This document shows positions 37,120 to 47,767 of a stretch of 64,000 nucleotides of DNA, piece by piece. Source of the DNA: Bacilli bacterium (GTDB taxonomy: Bacteria > Bacillota_I > Bacilli_A > RFN20 > CAG-826); contig JAFSOD010000004.1 of the NCBI GenBank assembly GCA_017447165.1, forward strand, positions 564,478-628,477, read 5' to 3'. Under the pieces are notes generated by a model. The model was not told the origin of the DNA, did no database searches, and saw only the letters and a program-made list of their open reading frames with translations. The position numbers and the translations under genes were made by a program. Within the stretch, counting starts at the first letter, position 1; every line of letters starts with the position of its first letter.

Positions 37120-38244
37120 ATGAACTTTTCCGTTAACAAAGATATCAAACGACAAATTATATTTAACATCATTTATATAGTGATAGTTTTAGGTTTGACC
37201 GCTTTAGCGTTTTATTTCACTTTAAGAGGTAAGACCAGCGAAGTTTTAAAAGACTTAGGTAGTGCGAATTGGGGTTATATCATTGCGATATTAGGGGTAG
37301 TACTAGGTTGTATTTTAGCGAGATCTATCGCCGTGTTTTCTTTAACTCGTATCTTTGATAAAGACTATCGCTTCCACAGAGCGATTGCAATTGACCAAAT
37401 TGGCTCCTTATATCGTATGGTTACTCCAGCAGGCTTAGGAAGCCATGTGATGGAGACCTTTGTTTATAATAAACAAGGTATTCGTATGTCTAACGCTTTA
37501 AGCATTTTAGCGATGTATACGATTGTCTATCAGGTAGTGCTAATCTTATATGGCTTACTTAGCATTATTATCAAACATCAAATGATATCTGATATTGGCT
37601 ATATATCTTTTGGTAGAGGCGCGGTCTCTATTTGGTTATTAATCGGTATTGGTTTTGGTTTTAATATTCTCACTATTGGATTTGTGTTCTTATTAAGTTA
37701 TTGGGAACCATTTTATAAATTTATAAAAGGTCCAATCTATTCTTTAGCCCACAAATTACATTTAATCCGTGATTTAGAGGCTTCTAGGACACGTTTGGAC
37801 GCTTCTAAAGTAAATTTCCGAAACAACTTAAAAAATCTCTTAAAACACGTAAAAACGTTATTAGTAGTGGCACTTATGTTCTTTATCTACATCACGATTA
37901 GCTATAGCGTTCCTTATATTTGTGGTTTAGCGGTAGGAAACACCTCAGCGACTGCGAATTACTGGGATAGTGTTTTATTATCTAATGTCCATCAAATGGC
38001 GACATGTGTAATTCCTATTCCTGGAAGTGCTGGTGTATCAGAACTAGTGTTCTATAACTTATTTTATAAGTCTAATTTCTATAGTAGTGAAGATATCACT
38101 AGAGCGTCTTTACTATTATGGAGAACACTTATGTTCGTGATACCTCTATTTATTGCCTTTATTTATACGATTATTTATCGTCCTAGAAAGAAAGTAGTGA
38201 GTTATGAAAATAATCAAAATCAAGATACTGAAGTCCAAGGTTAA
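37120..38244 (+). CDS. polytopic membrane protein, UPF0104/lysyl-PG-synthase-TM-like 'flippase-like domain' family
   Basis: 8-9 TM helices with N-terminus IIFNIIYIVIVLGLTALAFYFTLRG. Located in a glycan-modification context. Confidence 0.45.
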   Translation: MNFSVNKDIKRQIIFNIIYIVIVLGLTALAFYFTLRGKTSEVLKDLGSANWGYIIAILGVVLGCILARSIAVFSLTRIFDKDYRFHRAIAIDQIGSLYRMVTPAGLGSHVMETFVYNKQGIRMSNALSILAMYTIVYQVVLILYGLLSIIIKHQMISDIGYISFGRGAVSIWLLIGIGFGFNILTIGFVFLLSYWEPFYKFIKGPIYSLAHKLHLIRDLEASRTRLDASKVNFRNNLKNLLKHVKTLLVVALMFFIYITISYSVPYICGLAVGNTSATANYWDSVLLSNVHQMATCVIPIPGSAGVSELVFYNLFYKSNFYSSEDITRASLLLWRTLMFVIPLFIAFIYTIIYRPRKKVVSYENNQNQDTEVQG

Positions 38245-38962
38245 TATATCTTTAGATAATGGGTCTAAGTTATCTATAGATAAAGATACTTTCACTAATT
38301 TCTATTTATATGAGGGGAAAGAATTATCTAAAGAAGAATATAAAAAGATTACTGAACTTAATAATTCCTCTAAGCTACTAGCATATGCCTTAAAGCTTAG
38401 AAGCAAGTCTCTTTATAGCGAATATAAGATGAGAGAAAAACTCTATCAAAAAGAGGCTAGCAAGAAAGAAGTGGATAAAGTTATTAAAATTTTAAAGAGT
38501 TATGACCTAATTGATGATAAAGCCTACTCTCTTGAACTAGTGGAATACTATAACTCCCTAAATTATGGAGAAAATAAGATCAGAACTAAGTTAAGTGATA
38601 AAGGGATATTTAAAGAACAAATTGATAAAATTAAATTCCCTCTTTCCATAGAAAAGAAAAAAGCGAATAACTTATTTTCTAAATTAGAAAAGAAATATTC
38701 TAAATATAATGCCTCTCAAAAGAAGCAACATATCTATAATGCCTACTTACAGGAAGGGTTCTCTATAGAGATCGCTAGTGAGATGGCCTCTAAAATAAAA
38801 GAACCTAATCAAAAAGAGGAATTAACAAAGTTAAAAGTAGATTATCAAAAAGTTAAAATTAGATTAGAAAGAAAATATAAAGGGAAAGAACTTAAACAAA
38901 AGATATTAAGTAGTTTATTAACTAAAGGTTATAAGATGAACGATATCTTAAAAGTGATATAG
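38204..38962 (+). CDS. recX: RecX-family regulatory protein
   Basis: Helical repeat protein with ALKLRSKSLYSEYKMREKL...SYDLIDDKAYSLELVEY...IRTKLSDKGI, the RecX three-repeat pattern. The start is uncertain because it overlaps the upstream gene by 41 nt. Confidence 0.55.
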   Translation: MKIIKIKILKSKVNISLDNGSKLSIDKDTFTNFYLYEGKELSKEEYKKITELNNSSKLLAYALKLRSKSLYSEYKMREKLYQKEASKKEVDKVIKILKSYDLIDDKAYSLELVEYYNSLNYGENKIRTKLSDKGIFKEQIDKIKFPLSIEKKKANNLFSKLEKKYSKYNASQKKQHIYNAYLQEGFSIEIASEMASKIKEPNQKEELTKLKVDYQKVKIRLERKYKGKELKQKILSSLLTKGYKMNDILKVI

Positions 38963-38970
38963 GAGGATAT

Positions 38971-39903
38971 ATGGTATTACTCAAAGATTTATTAGAAGGA
39001 GATAGAACCTCAATTCAAGCGTTGGTAGGTTCGGTATCTAATGGCACGAATAAAAGTGGCATCCCATATTTAAATGTGGAACTAAGAGACAATAGTGGCT
39101 CCCTTACCTGTAAGAAGTGGGAAGTTGATGGTAGCGATAAAGATATCTTTGTCGTTGGAAATATCGTTGAAGTGATGTTAGAAGTCATTAAATATAATGA
39201 CTCTCTTCAAGGAAAGATCCTAGGAGCGAAGTTATTGCCATTAGAAGGAATAGACACCACTAGATTTATTAAAGCCCCTCCAATTCCTAAAGAAGAGTTG
39301 ATCGCTAGATTCAATAAATTAGTGGACTCAATTAAAGATAAAGACTGTAAAGCTTTATTAGATTATTTCATTAAGAAGTTTGGTGAGACTATATATGTCG
39401 CTCCCGCAGCCTCTAGTGTCCATCACGAATTCTCTAGTGGTTTATTAATGCACTCAGTCTCCTTAGGAGAACATGCGGATTATTTTGCAAAATATTATCC
39501 AGATATTAATAGAGACTTATTAGTAACAGGCGCTTTGCTCCATGACTTTGGTAAGATGATTGAACTAGAAGGACCAGCGGTATATCACTATTCATTGGAA
39601 GGCAAGTTACTTGGTCATATCTCTATTATGTGTGCAGAACTAAGAATGGCCGCTAAAGAGTTAGGCATTAGTGGAGAGACTCCGTTACTATTAGAACATA
39701 TGGTGTTATCGCATCACGGCCAATTAGAGTTTGGCTCGCCGGTTCTTCCATTAACTAAAGAAGCCTTACTTCTATCTATGATAGATAACCTAGATAGCAA
39801 GATGCTTGTACTAGATAAAGCGTTTAGCGATGTTGGTGAAGGAGAATTCACCCAAAAAGTGTTTGCGCTTGACGGTAGAAGCTTCTATAAACCAAAGAAA
39901 TAA
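38971..39903 (+). CDS. yhaM: 3'-5' exoribonuclease YhaM (OB-fold plus HD domain)
   Basis: N-terminal OB-fold (IQALVGSVSNGTNKSGIPYLNVELRDNSGSL). HD motifs HHEFSSGLLMHS and LLHDFGK. Confidence 0.75.
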   Translation: MVLLKDLLEGDRTSIQALVGSVSNGTNKSGIPYLNVELRDNSGSLTCKKWEVDGSDKDIFVVGNIVEVMLEVIKYNDSLQGKILGAKLLPLEGIDTTRFIKAPPIPKEELIARFNKLVDSIKDKDCKALLDYFIKKFGETIYVAPAASSVHHEFSSGLLMHSVSLGEHADYFAKYYPDINRDLLVTGALLHDFGKMIELEGPAVYHYSLEGKLLGHISIMCAELRMAAKELGISGETPLLLEHMVLSHHGQLEFGSPVLPLTKEALLLSMIDNLDSKMLVLDKAFSDVGEGEFTQKVFALDGRSFYKPKK

Positions 39904-39904
39904 T

Positions 39905-39937
39905 TAAAAAAACAAGGGTTCAACCCTTGTTTTTTAT
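39905..39937. terminator. bidirectional rho-independent terminator shared by yhaM (+) and the small ORF (-)
   Basis: aaaaaaacaagggttcaacccttgtttttt is a perfect hairpin flanked by an A-run and a T-run. Confidence 0.7.
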
Positions 39938-40072
39938 TTACTTAAGGGTGATTGGCCCGTAAGCCTTGCCTTTATCTAAGTTTGCCATTGAATCATCCAT
40001 CTCTTTGAGTGTTTTCTTGGAAACAGTTATAGATTTTTTTGACGACTTAGATTTCTTGCTTACTTTGTTCAT
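39938..40072 (-). CDS. small basic hypothetical protein (44 aa)
   Basis: MNKVSKKSKSSKKSITVSKKTLKEMDDSMANLDKGKAYGPITLK. GGAG lies 8 nt upstream. It starts 2 nt after the HIT stop and is not in the ORF track because it is under 60 aa. Confidence 0.35.
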   Translation of the reverse strand: MNKVSKKSKSSKKSITVSKKTLKEMDDSMANLDKGKAYGPITLK

Positions 40073-40073
40073 G

Positions 40074-40484
40074 TTATAACTCCTTTTTAATCTCTTTAGC
40101 AATGGCTGGAAGATTAAGGCCTTCAGAGTTATTCTTCATCTCTAAGATGAATCCTTCTTCAGCTTCGTAGCGAGGAATAACGTGGACATGGAAGTGCATC
40201 ACAGTTTGACCAGCGGCAGGATAGCAGTTAGTTAAGATATTGACTCCTCTAGCCCCTAAGAGTTTAACTTCAACTTGTCCAATTCTTTGAGCGACATCCA
40301 TCACTTTATGCATTTCACTTTGTGGAATGGTTAAGAAATTGTCATAGTGTTTCTTTGAAACCACCAAAGTGTGTCCTTTAGTGACTTGAGAAATGTCTAA
40401 GAAGGCGAGTACATCATCGTCTTCATAGACTTTATGACATGGGATTTCCCCATCAATGATTTTACAAAAGATATCTTTTTCCAT
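40074..40484 (-). CDS. HIT-family (histidine triad) nucleotide hydrolase
   Basis: HFHVHVIPR histidine triad plus the HIT N-terminus IFCKIIDGEIP. Confidence 0.85.
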   Translation of the reverse strand: MEKDIFCKIIDGEIPCHKVYEDDDVLAFLDISQVTKGHTLVVSKKHYDNFLTIPQSEMHKVMDVAQRIGQVEVKLLGARGVNILTNCYPAAGQTVMHFHVHVIPRYEAEEGFILEMKNNSEGLNLPAIAKEIKKEL

Positions 40485-40596
40485 AGTGATATACCTCTAA
40501 TTACTATTTTAGTAACTTATTAAAATAAATAAAGGTATTTATAAATAAAATAAAACCAGGCACACATGCATGTACCTGGAGTTTTATTTTTGTTAA

Positions 40597-42597
40597 TTAT
40601 TCTTCGTCGTCGAATAAGTCTGGATAGTTACTCTTGAAGTATTCATAGACACTTTGATCGTGGTATTTGATATCCATCTTCTTTAACCAATATTCTTTAC
40701 TTAAAGAGGAATAGCTACCAGTTTCAGCGACTTTAGTGGTGACTTCAGAAATAACAGCATTTAAGAATTCTTGTCCACGAGTCTTAGCATAACTGCTATC
40801 GGAATCAGAATTTCTTAATTTGACATCCTTAACGGCTTCAACGACTTGGCAGATGTAATATGCGCTTCCATCGTCATAGACGATATCGTTGACATAATCA
40901 CTACCAGCGTAACTTCCTTCAAACTTGAGGAAATAGGAGCCGTTAACGGAACAAAGATATTTATTTTCGCCTTTGGCTTTTTCTTCTCTGACTTCCCATT
41001 CATCATTAACTCTAACAAATCTATCAGTTGCAGCTAATCCGCTTTCGTTATCAAACTTAAGGACTTCAGCAGTTGCGTTTTTCGCTTCTAATTTGTTATT
41101 AGCAACAGATAGTTGGAATAATCTAGATTTGATAGTACCGTCACTATCTAAACTTGGTCCACTCTTTTGGACGTACCAACCTTTAGTGATGGCTTCGACT
41201 TGACTTAAAGAAATTCTTTCTTGGTCAAATCCTTCTTCAGGAGAGACAGTGCCACTTGATGTGAATTTGTTTCTTAAGGAAACATCAATTTCATCGAAGC
41301 TTTCAGCACTTAAGAATTCATCATAGTCTTCGACTAAGTCACCATAGGTGGTGTTTTCATAGTAGGCTTTGCCACGGAGTTCAGCATACTTGAAGGCGTC
41401 AGAACGGGAATTGTGAATTCTATAGATAATTTGTTCAGCATTCCAGTATTCCGCACTTGTTTCATCAGTAACTGGAGTCACAGTAGCAGGATCGTATACT
41501 TTTAATCCTTTAGAGATTTCTTCGTATTTTTCAAAGATATCAAGATATGGATTATCGTATTCATCGACATAAGCGAGGTAATCGCCAGTTGGCTTATTAG
41601 CGTAGATTTCTTTCACTAATTGTTTGACTAATAAGTCAGCATTAATGTGGAAGGAGCTATATTTTTCAATCTTAATAACGTTGATAAGTCTTGCTCTAGA
41701 TTGTTTAACAGCGTTACTTTCTTCGTCTAATAAGTATTGTTCGACTAATAAATCACTAAAGATTTGTGGAACGATTTCTTTTTCAATGTAGTGATATTGA
41801 ACTCCATCGACATCTGCGGATTCATCTTCATCGATTCTATAGTTAGTTTGATAGAATTCTCTATGGAGAATTTCGCTATCGAAGACTTGATCATCTTCAA
41901 CAGTGTAATCGATGATTAATGGTTTAACATCTTTAACAGCTTGCTCAGTGTGTTTGATAACACTTTGACCAGCATCGTATAAAGATTTTACATAATCAGC
42001 TTCTTTAAAGAAGTGTTTTGAGGTATATCCGCCAGTACTAATCTTGCCGAACATGTTTTCAGCAATTCTCTTTTCAATGTCATTGAATCTAGAGAGAACT
42101 CTGGTTCTTTCAGATTGAGCTGGAGTGAAGTTTTTGTCATCTTCAACAACATACCACTTCTCTGGATCTTGGTCATCGTCATTGATATGTTGACCTTTTT
42201 CATTATAAGTCCAGTAAACTTTATGGGCTCTAATAAATGGATCACAGATGGTGTGCTCTTGTAAATTTGGATTAGCATCAAGAGCTGCTGCTTTTAATGT
42301 AATAGAGGTATCTCCATCAGCGAGTGTAATTTTGTTATACGCGCCGAACACGCTTTGTGCGTATCTATATAAGACTTTATATAAAGTCTTACTTGGGAGA
42401 TCTCCATCATGGAATTGATCTTCAATAATTTTAAGAATATTGTTGTGGATCTTTTCGGTTTCATTATCGATGGTGATAATTGGGTCATTGTAGTTACTTG
42501 GATGAGATTTGATTTCATCGCTGTCACCACAGCTTGTTAAGCCTAAGACACCTAATAAGGATAAAACTGCTAATTTAGAGAATTTCTTATTTAACAT
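40597..42597 (-). CDS. large surface lipoprotein, function unknown
   Basis: Lipobox LGLTSCGD. An AGGAGG RBS lies 8 nt before the ATG (MLNKKFSK), embedded in the 3' end of the upstream lipoprotein gene with an 11 nt overlap. Confidence 0.55.
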   Translation of the reverse strand: MLNKKFSKLAVLSLLGVLGLTSCGDSDEIKSHPSNYNDPIITIDNETEKIHNNILKIIEDQFHDGDLPSKTLYKVLYRYAQSVFGAYNKITLADGDTSITLKAAALDANPNLQEHTICDPFIRAHKVYWTYNEKGQHINDDDQDPEKWYVVEDDKNFTPAQSERTRVLSRFNDIEKRIAENMFGKISTGGYTSKHFFKEADYVKSLYDAGQSVIKHTEQAVKDVKPLIIDYTVEDDQVFDSEILHREFYQTNYRIDEDESADVDGVQYHYIEKEIVPQIFSDLLVEQYLLDEESNAVKQSRARLINVIKIEKYSSFHINADLLVKQLVKEIYANKPTGDYLAYVDEYDNPYLDIFEKYEEISKGLKVYDPATVTPVTDETSAEYWNAEQIIYRIHNSRSDAFKYAELRGKAYYENTTYGDLVEDYDEFLSAESFDEIDVSLRNKFTSSGTVSPEEGFDQERISLSQVEAITKGWYVQKSGPSLDSDGTIKSRLFQLSVANNKLEAKNATAEVLKFDNESGLAATDRFVRVNDEWEVREEKAKGENKYLCSVNGSYFLKFEGSYAGSDYVNDIVYDDGSAYYICQVVEAVKDVKLRNSDSDSSYAKTRGQEFLNAVISEVTTKVAETGSYSSLSKEYWLKKMDIKYHDQSVYEYFKSNYPDLFDDEE

Positions 42598-44749
42598 AGC
42601 ATCTTCCTCCTTCTTTCCAATCATCCTCATTACCTCTGGTAAATGAGAAGGCACAAGTTGTTGGAACAAATGATTTCTTGTACATACCATCTTCGCTTCT
42701 TAATTCGTTTTGATTAATTAATTGCATAAGGTATTCTGTCCAAGCCTTGTTGATGGATTCTTCTTGTGAGAGTTTTGCACTTTCTCTTAATTGAGAAATG
42801 GTTCTCTCAATATTACTCTTAATGACTGATTTTCCTTCGACTTCATCAGAGAAGTGAATTCTATCTGCTAACTTGCCACCTTCTAGTGGGTAGTTAAGAA
42901 GAGTTTCATATAAACGATAGTCATAAGCGGCATCAAAGTTGCTGGATTTGACATCGTTCTTGATAGTATTTACACGATCTGTATAGTAGGAGCTATCATT
43001 AACATTTTTAATGTTAACATATGTTTCGTGATCATGGTCATAATCTTTATCGGTTGGGATTTTAGCGGTGTAATAGTAGTCTTCTAATGAAGTGTGTGTC
43101 TTTAAGACAGAGTTTGCTTGATCAATTTGACCATTATTGTCATAGACAACCTTTTCATATGCTAAACCGTTGGTATTTTCAAAGACTGATTTTCTCATCA
43201 CCATAAAGTGAATACCAGCAGAGCTTCTAACACCAATAACAACGTTACCATTAGTGTCACATAAGACTTTCTTATTGAAAGCAGTATTGCTAACAGTAGC
43301 TAATTTTCCGCTTTGGAAATTATTGTTTTGTAACTTTAAGATGTCTTCATCATCAAAATCATATGGAGTTGTTGTAATTGCATCGTTTGTCACATGGACT
43401 GTCTCTCCGCTTACTGGATCAACTTCATCATGACCAAAGTCAACTGATGCTTCGTTTAATAACTCATTTGTAATAACAAATGGAGAACGGAAGTTTAAGA
43501 ATGCGTTGAATAAAACGTTTCTTGGTAAGGAAGCTTGACTGCCTTCTGGTGTGAAGACTCCGATCTTGTCTTCTTTAGCTGCTAAACCAATTTGTCTAAA
43601 GACATCAAATGGAATAGCTGGTAATAAAGTTTGTTCTTCTTTTAAATGAACGTTAACTTCATCTAACATTGTTTCCTTAACTAAGTCGACAACCTTTTCT
43701 TTGGTTTCATTGATATGTTCAACACCAGTTAATGGATCAGCTTCGGACATGGTTTGAGTCACAACTTCAGCTTCAGAATCAATACCAAAAGCCTTATAGA
43801 TGTTATTGTTAACATCAGCGGTTTCTTTATTGTTTTCACTTAATAAAGCATCAAAGGCATAAGTACCTAATTTGAATTCATTATAGAATGAAGTTCTGGT
43901 GCTCATTAATTCAACGTCACCGAATTCAGCGCTACTGGTATCATCGGATAATTTAGCAGTTTCTTCGAAACTGTATTGTCCGTCGACTAAGTGTCTAACG
44001 ATATCCCATAATTTTTCCGCTTCGGATTCAGAAATAGTTGCACGGTTATAATCAGTGGCATCCGCACTTAATTTAACTAAGATGTGGATAACGTGATATG
44101 GATAAACTGGTTCAACATTTTCAGTGGCTGGTTCAATTTGTTCCCAATCGGAAGTAATACCAGTTTGTGAATCTTCGGTTGCAGAAACACCAATGTACTC
44201 TTGTCTTAATCCGACAACAGATTGATCATCGTTAGTTTCATAGTGTTTCTTGAAATACCAATCAGTCATTGCGTCTTTTTCTAATTCGTAGACGTATTTT
44301 AATCTGAGTTCTTCTTCAGTTTCGACGTTATTGTTTTCTAAAATTTTAGACCATTCGTCTTCTGGGTCAGTGCCATTATTGCTAGCGTTATCGTTAGCGG
44401 TTTGTCTAGCTGCTTTAACTTTATCAGCGGCTTCTGACTTAATTCTGCTAAACTTCTTGAGATCAGGTTCTTTTGGATTCTCATCTCCGGCGAGTTTTGG
44501 ATATTCGTATCTGATTAAAGATTCAAGGATAGCGTTATAGTATTTGGTTGTGCCATCTTTGCCTTCTCCGAATTCACGATAGAGTTCATCCACATTGATT
44601 TCGATACGGTCAGTAGAATTATTGTAGCCGATGAAATCAACAACAGATTTGTCACTTGGTGTAACGTAAACTGTGTCACCACAGCTAGTTAACGCAAGAG
44701 CGCCGATGAAACTAGTAACTAAACCGATAGATAGCTTACTTTTTTTCAT
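42587..44749 (-). CDS. large surface lipoprotein, function unknown
   Basis: Lipobox ALALTSCGD. 720 aa, acidic, no recognised catalytic motif. Confidence 0.55.
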   Translation of the reverse strand: MKKSKLSIGLVTSFIGALALTSCGDTVYVTPSDKSVVDFIGYNNSTDRIEINVDELYREFGEGKDGTTKYYNAILESLIRYEYPKLAGDENPKEPDLKKFSRIKSEAADKVKAARQTANDNASNNGTDPEDEWSKILENNNVETEEELRLKYVYELEKDAMTDWYFKKHYETNDDQSVVGLRQEYIGVSATEDSQTGITSDWEQIEPATENVEPVYPYHVIHILVKLSADATDYNRATISESEAEKLWDIVRHLVDGQYSFEETAKLSDDTSSAEFGDVELMSTRTSFYNEFKLGTYAFDALLSENNKETADVNNNIYKAFGIDSEAEVVTQTMSEADPLTGVEHINETKEKVVDLVKETMLDEVNVHLKEEQTLLPAIPFDVFRQIGLAAKEDKIGVFTPEGSQASLPRNVLFNAFLNFRSPFVITNELLNEASVDFGHDEVDPVSGETVHVTNDAITTTPYDFDDEDILKLQNNNFQSGKLATVSNTAFNKKVLCDTNGNVVIGVRSSAGIHFMVMRKSVFENTNGLAYEKVVYDNNGQIDQANSVLKTHTSLEDYYYTAKIPTDKDYDHDHETYVNIKNVNDSSYYTDRVNTIKNDVKSSNFDAAYDYRLYETLLNYPLEGGKLADRIHFSDEVEGKSVIKSNIERTISQLRESAKLSQEESINKAWTEYLMQLINQNELRSEDGMYKKSFVPTTCAFSFTRGNEDDWKEGGRCYVK

Positions 44750-44938
44750 CTAATTGTTTCTCCTTTTCAAATACATAGCGAGTATATTTTATATATGTTC
44801 GTTTTTGCGCGCAATAATAATTTTAATTATTTTCGTATGAGTGTATGTGCATAATAACCCATTTTTACATTTTTCTTACTATATCGTTTGCATATTATTT
44901 TAGAGAAAATTACAATATTTCAGCATTGAGGTACGAGT

Positions 44939-45760
44939 ATGGCAACTTTAAAAATTAATGACCTACATGTCCAAGTTGAAGGAAAAGAAATCCTTAAAGG
45001 TGTCTCTTTTAGTATGTCTGAAGGAGAAACTGTCGCTTTATTAGGGCCTAATGGACATGGTAAGTCTACTTTATTTAATGCGATTATGGGTCATCCTAGA
45101 TATAAGATTACTCAAGGAAGTATTTATCTGGATGATGTTGATTTAACGCATATGACTACAGACCAACGCGCTAGAGCGGGCTTATTTTTGGGGTTACAAA
45201 ATCCTGCTGAAGTTCCTGGAGTTATTAATAGTGATTTCTTAAGAGCTGCAGTAAACGCCACAAGCGAAGAAAGAATCTCAACTTATAAATTTTATAAGTT
45301 ACTTGATAGCGCAACTAAAGAATTAAAGATGCCATTTGATTTAGCTACCAGAAGTTTAAATGAAGGATTTTCTGGCGGAGAAAAGAAAAGGAACGAAATA
45401 CTTCAACTTATGTTATTAAATCCAAAGATTGCGATGCTTGATGAAATCGATTCTGGATTAGACGTTGATGCGATTCAAACTGTCGCTGATGTGATCAATA
45501 AATTAGAAGGTGAAGGCAAGGGGTTTTTAGTTATTTCTCACTATGCTAGACTATTCGATTTAATTAAACCTACAAGAGCGATTGTTATGGTGAATGGAAA
45601 AATCGTTTTAGATGGTGATCCAAGCCTTATCAAACGCATTGACCAAACTGGGTATGAATTCATCAAAGCAGAACTTGGAATTAATATCGAAAAAGAAGAG
45701 AACAAAATGAATGAAGTCTCTATTGGAAGTTGTGCAGTTAGAGAATCAATCAAGAAATAA
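44939..45760 (+). CDS. sufC: Fe-S cluster assembly ATPase SufC
   Basis: LLGPNGHGKSTL Walker A and the ABC signature region; canonical SufC. Confidence 0.9.
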   Translation: MATLKINDLHVQVEGKEILKGVSFSMSEGETVALLGPNGHGKSTLFNAIMGHPRYKITQGSIYLDDVDLTHMTTDQRARAGLFLGLQNPAEVPGVINSDFLRAAVNATSEERISTYKFYKLLDSATKELKMPFDLATRSLNEGFSGGEKKRNEILQLMLLNPKIAMLDEIDSGLDVDAIQTVADVINKLEGEGKGFLVISHYARLFDLIKPTRAIVMVNGKIVLDGDPSLIKRIDQTGYEFIKAELGINIEKEENKMNEVSIGSCAVRESIKK

Positions 45761-45762
45761 AT

Positions 45763-46536
45763 ATGAACAAGGTTATTGTAGATAGAAATTCAAATTTAGA
45801 CTTGTCCACTTTAGACAGTGAATTGTCTTTTGAATTTGGCTCTGGAGAGTCATTTTTATATCTACATGATTTAAAGAGTGATAACAATCTAAATTTTGAG
45901 TTATTTGAGAACTCGATTTTGTACTTATCTATTTTTGCAGATAACGCTTTAGAAAACGCTAAAATTACTGCAAATCTGGGAAAAAATTCGAAAATTGTTG
46001 TATATTTTGCTGATTTTAGTGTTGAGAAGAATAAACTTGATGCGACTATAAATCTTAATGACGAAGGAGCAACTTGTGAATGGCATTTAGCCTCCCTTTC
46101 TTCTAATAAGGATAATAAGGATATAGTGGTCAATATTTATCACAATCATCCATCAACTTTTGGCCGTATTGATAACTATGGAGTGTGTAAAGATGAGGGC
46201 AAATTACAGTTCTCCGGAATCTCTTATATTTTAAAAGGATGTCACCAATCTAAATCTCATCAAAATGCGAAGATTGTGGTCTTTGATAACGACTGTGTCG
46301 CTAAAGCTAAACCAGTACTTAAAATCGATGAAAATGACATCGAAGCAAGTCACGCTGCAAGTGTAGGAAAAGTGAGTGATGAACATATCTTCTATTTAAC
46401 CTCTAGAGGTTTAAATTTAGAAGAGGCAAAAATGCTTATTACCCTTGGTTATTTAAAGCCAATTTTGAAGGGATTTAATGAGTCTATTCAAGGAGAAATT
46501 GACGCTTTAATCGAAAGGAGACTATCTAATGTATAA
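45763..46536 (+). CDS. sufD: Fe-S cluster assembly protein SufD (short form)
   Basis: C-terminal FYLTSRGLNLEEAKMLITLGYLKPIL is conserved between SufB and SufD. Position between sufC and sufS. Confidence 0.75.
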   Translation: MNKVIVDRNSNLDLSTLDSELSFEFGSGESFLYLHDLKSDNNLNFELFENSILYLSIFADNALENAKITANLGKNSKIVVYFADFSVEKNKLDATINLNDEGATCEWHLASLSSNKDNKDIVVNIYHNHPSTFGRIDNYGVCKDEGKLQFSGISYILKGCHQSKSHQNAKIVVFDNDCVAKAKPVLKIDENDIEASHAASVGKVSDEHIFYLTSRGLNLEEAKMLITLGYLKPILKGFNESIQGEIDALIERRLSNV

Positions 46537-47767
46537 GTTAGAAGAAATTATAAAACAGTTTCCAATGTTAGATGGAAGTAAAACTATGCAAGGCCATCCT
46601 TTAGTGTTCCTTGATAATGCTTCTACTACCTTAAAACCTTATTGTGTCATTAAAGCAATTGAAGAATATTATAGTGACTATACAGCTAATCATCATCGTG
46701 GTGACTATGATCTTTGCTATAAAGTGGATATGAAAGTCCAAGAAGTTAGAGAAAAGGTTGCGAAGTTTATTAATTCTGAAGTTAACGAGGTTGTATTTAC
46801 TTCTGGAGATACTGAATCTCTTAATTTAATCGCCTATGGTTATGCTTTAGATAATCTTAAAAAAGATGATGTTATTTTATTAAGTTTAGAAGAACATGCC
46901 TCTAATACTTTGCCTTGGTATCGAATTTGTGAATTAACAGGTGCGAAAGTAGAATTTGTTGATTTAGAAGATAAAAAAATTACTGTTAACAGAGTTAAAG
47001 AAGCTTTTAATAAATGCAAAAATATTAAGATTGTTTCCTTTGCTCACGTTGGAAATGTTTTAGGTTATGAGATTGATGCGAAGAACATTGCTAATGTGGT
47101 GCACGAACACGGAGCGATATTTGTGCTTGATGCGGCTCAGTCAGTGCCACATATTAAAACAGATTTCAAAGATTTAGATGTTGATTTTATCACTTTCTCC
47201 GCACATAAAATGTGCGGCCCTACTGGTATCGGCGCTTTAATTGGTAAATATAGTTTACTTCAAAAGATGTCTTTATTTAAAACCGGCGGCGGGATGAATG
47301 TTAAGTTTAATAAAAATATGGAAGTCATTCCTTTAGATGCACCATATAAATTTGAAGCTGGTACTTTAAATATTGCGGGTATTATTGGTTTTGGTGCGGC
47401 AATTGATTTTATTAATTCCATTGGTCTAGATGCGATTAAAGAACATGAATTAGAACTAGCGAGATACGCTTTATCTAGATTAGAAAGTTGTAAAGACGTT
47501 GTTATTTATAACAAAGACTCTAATTCTGGCATTATTGCTTTTAATAGAGCGGGTGTCTTTGCGCAAGATGAAGCTACTTTATTAAATTCTAAAGGTATCG
47601 CAGTTAGAAGTGGACAACACTGCGCGAAGATGATTGATGAAGTACTTGATACAATTGCTACTGTAAGAGCAAGTTTCTATTTATATACTTCTAAAGAAGA
47701 AGTTGATATATTTTGTGACAATTTAATTAAGGGAGGAGATATTTTAGATGCCTATTTCTCTAAGTAA
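46529..47767 (+). CDS. sufS: cysteine desulfurase SufS
   Basis: PLP aminotransferase class V with FITFSAHKMCGPTGIGAL (PLP Lys) and SGQHCA (catalytic Cys). Confidence 0.9.
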   Translation: MYKLEEIIKQFPMLDGSKTMQGHPLVFLDNASTTLKPYCVIKAIEEYYSDYTANHHRGDYDLCYKVDMKVQEVREKVAKFINSEVNEVVFTSGDTESLNLIAYGYALDNLKKDDVILLSLEEHASNTLPWYRICELTGAKVEFVDLEDKKITVNRVKEAFNKCKNIKIVSFAHVGNVLGYEIDAKNIANVVHEHGAIFVLDAAQSVPHIKTDFKDLDVDFITFSAHKMCGPTGIGALIGKYSLLQKMSLFKTGGGMNVKFNKNMEVIPLDAPYKFEAGTLNIAGIIGFGAAIDFINSIGLDAIKEHELELARYALSRLESCKDVVIYNKDSNSGIIAFNRAGVFAQDEATLLNSKGIAVRSGQHCAKMIDEVLDTIATVRASFYLYTSKEEVDIFCDNLIKGGDILDAYFSK

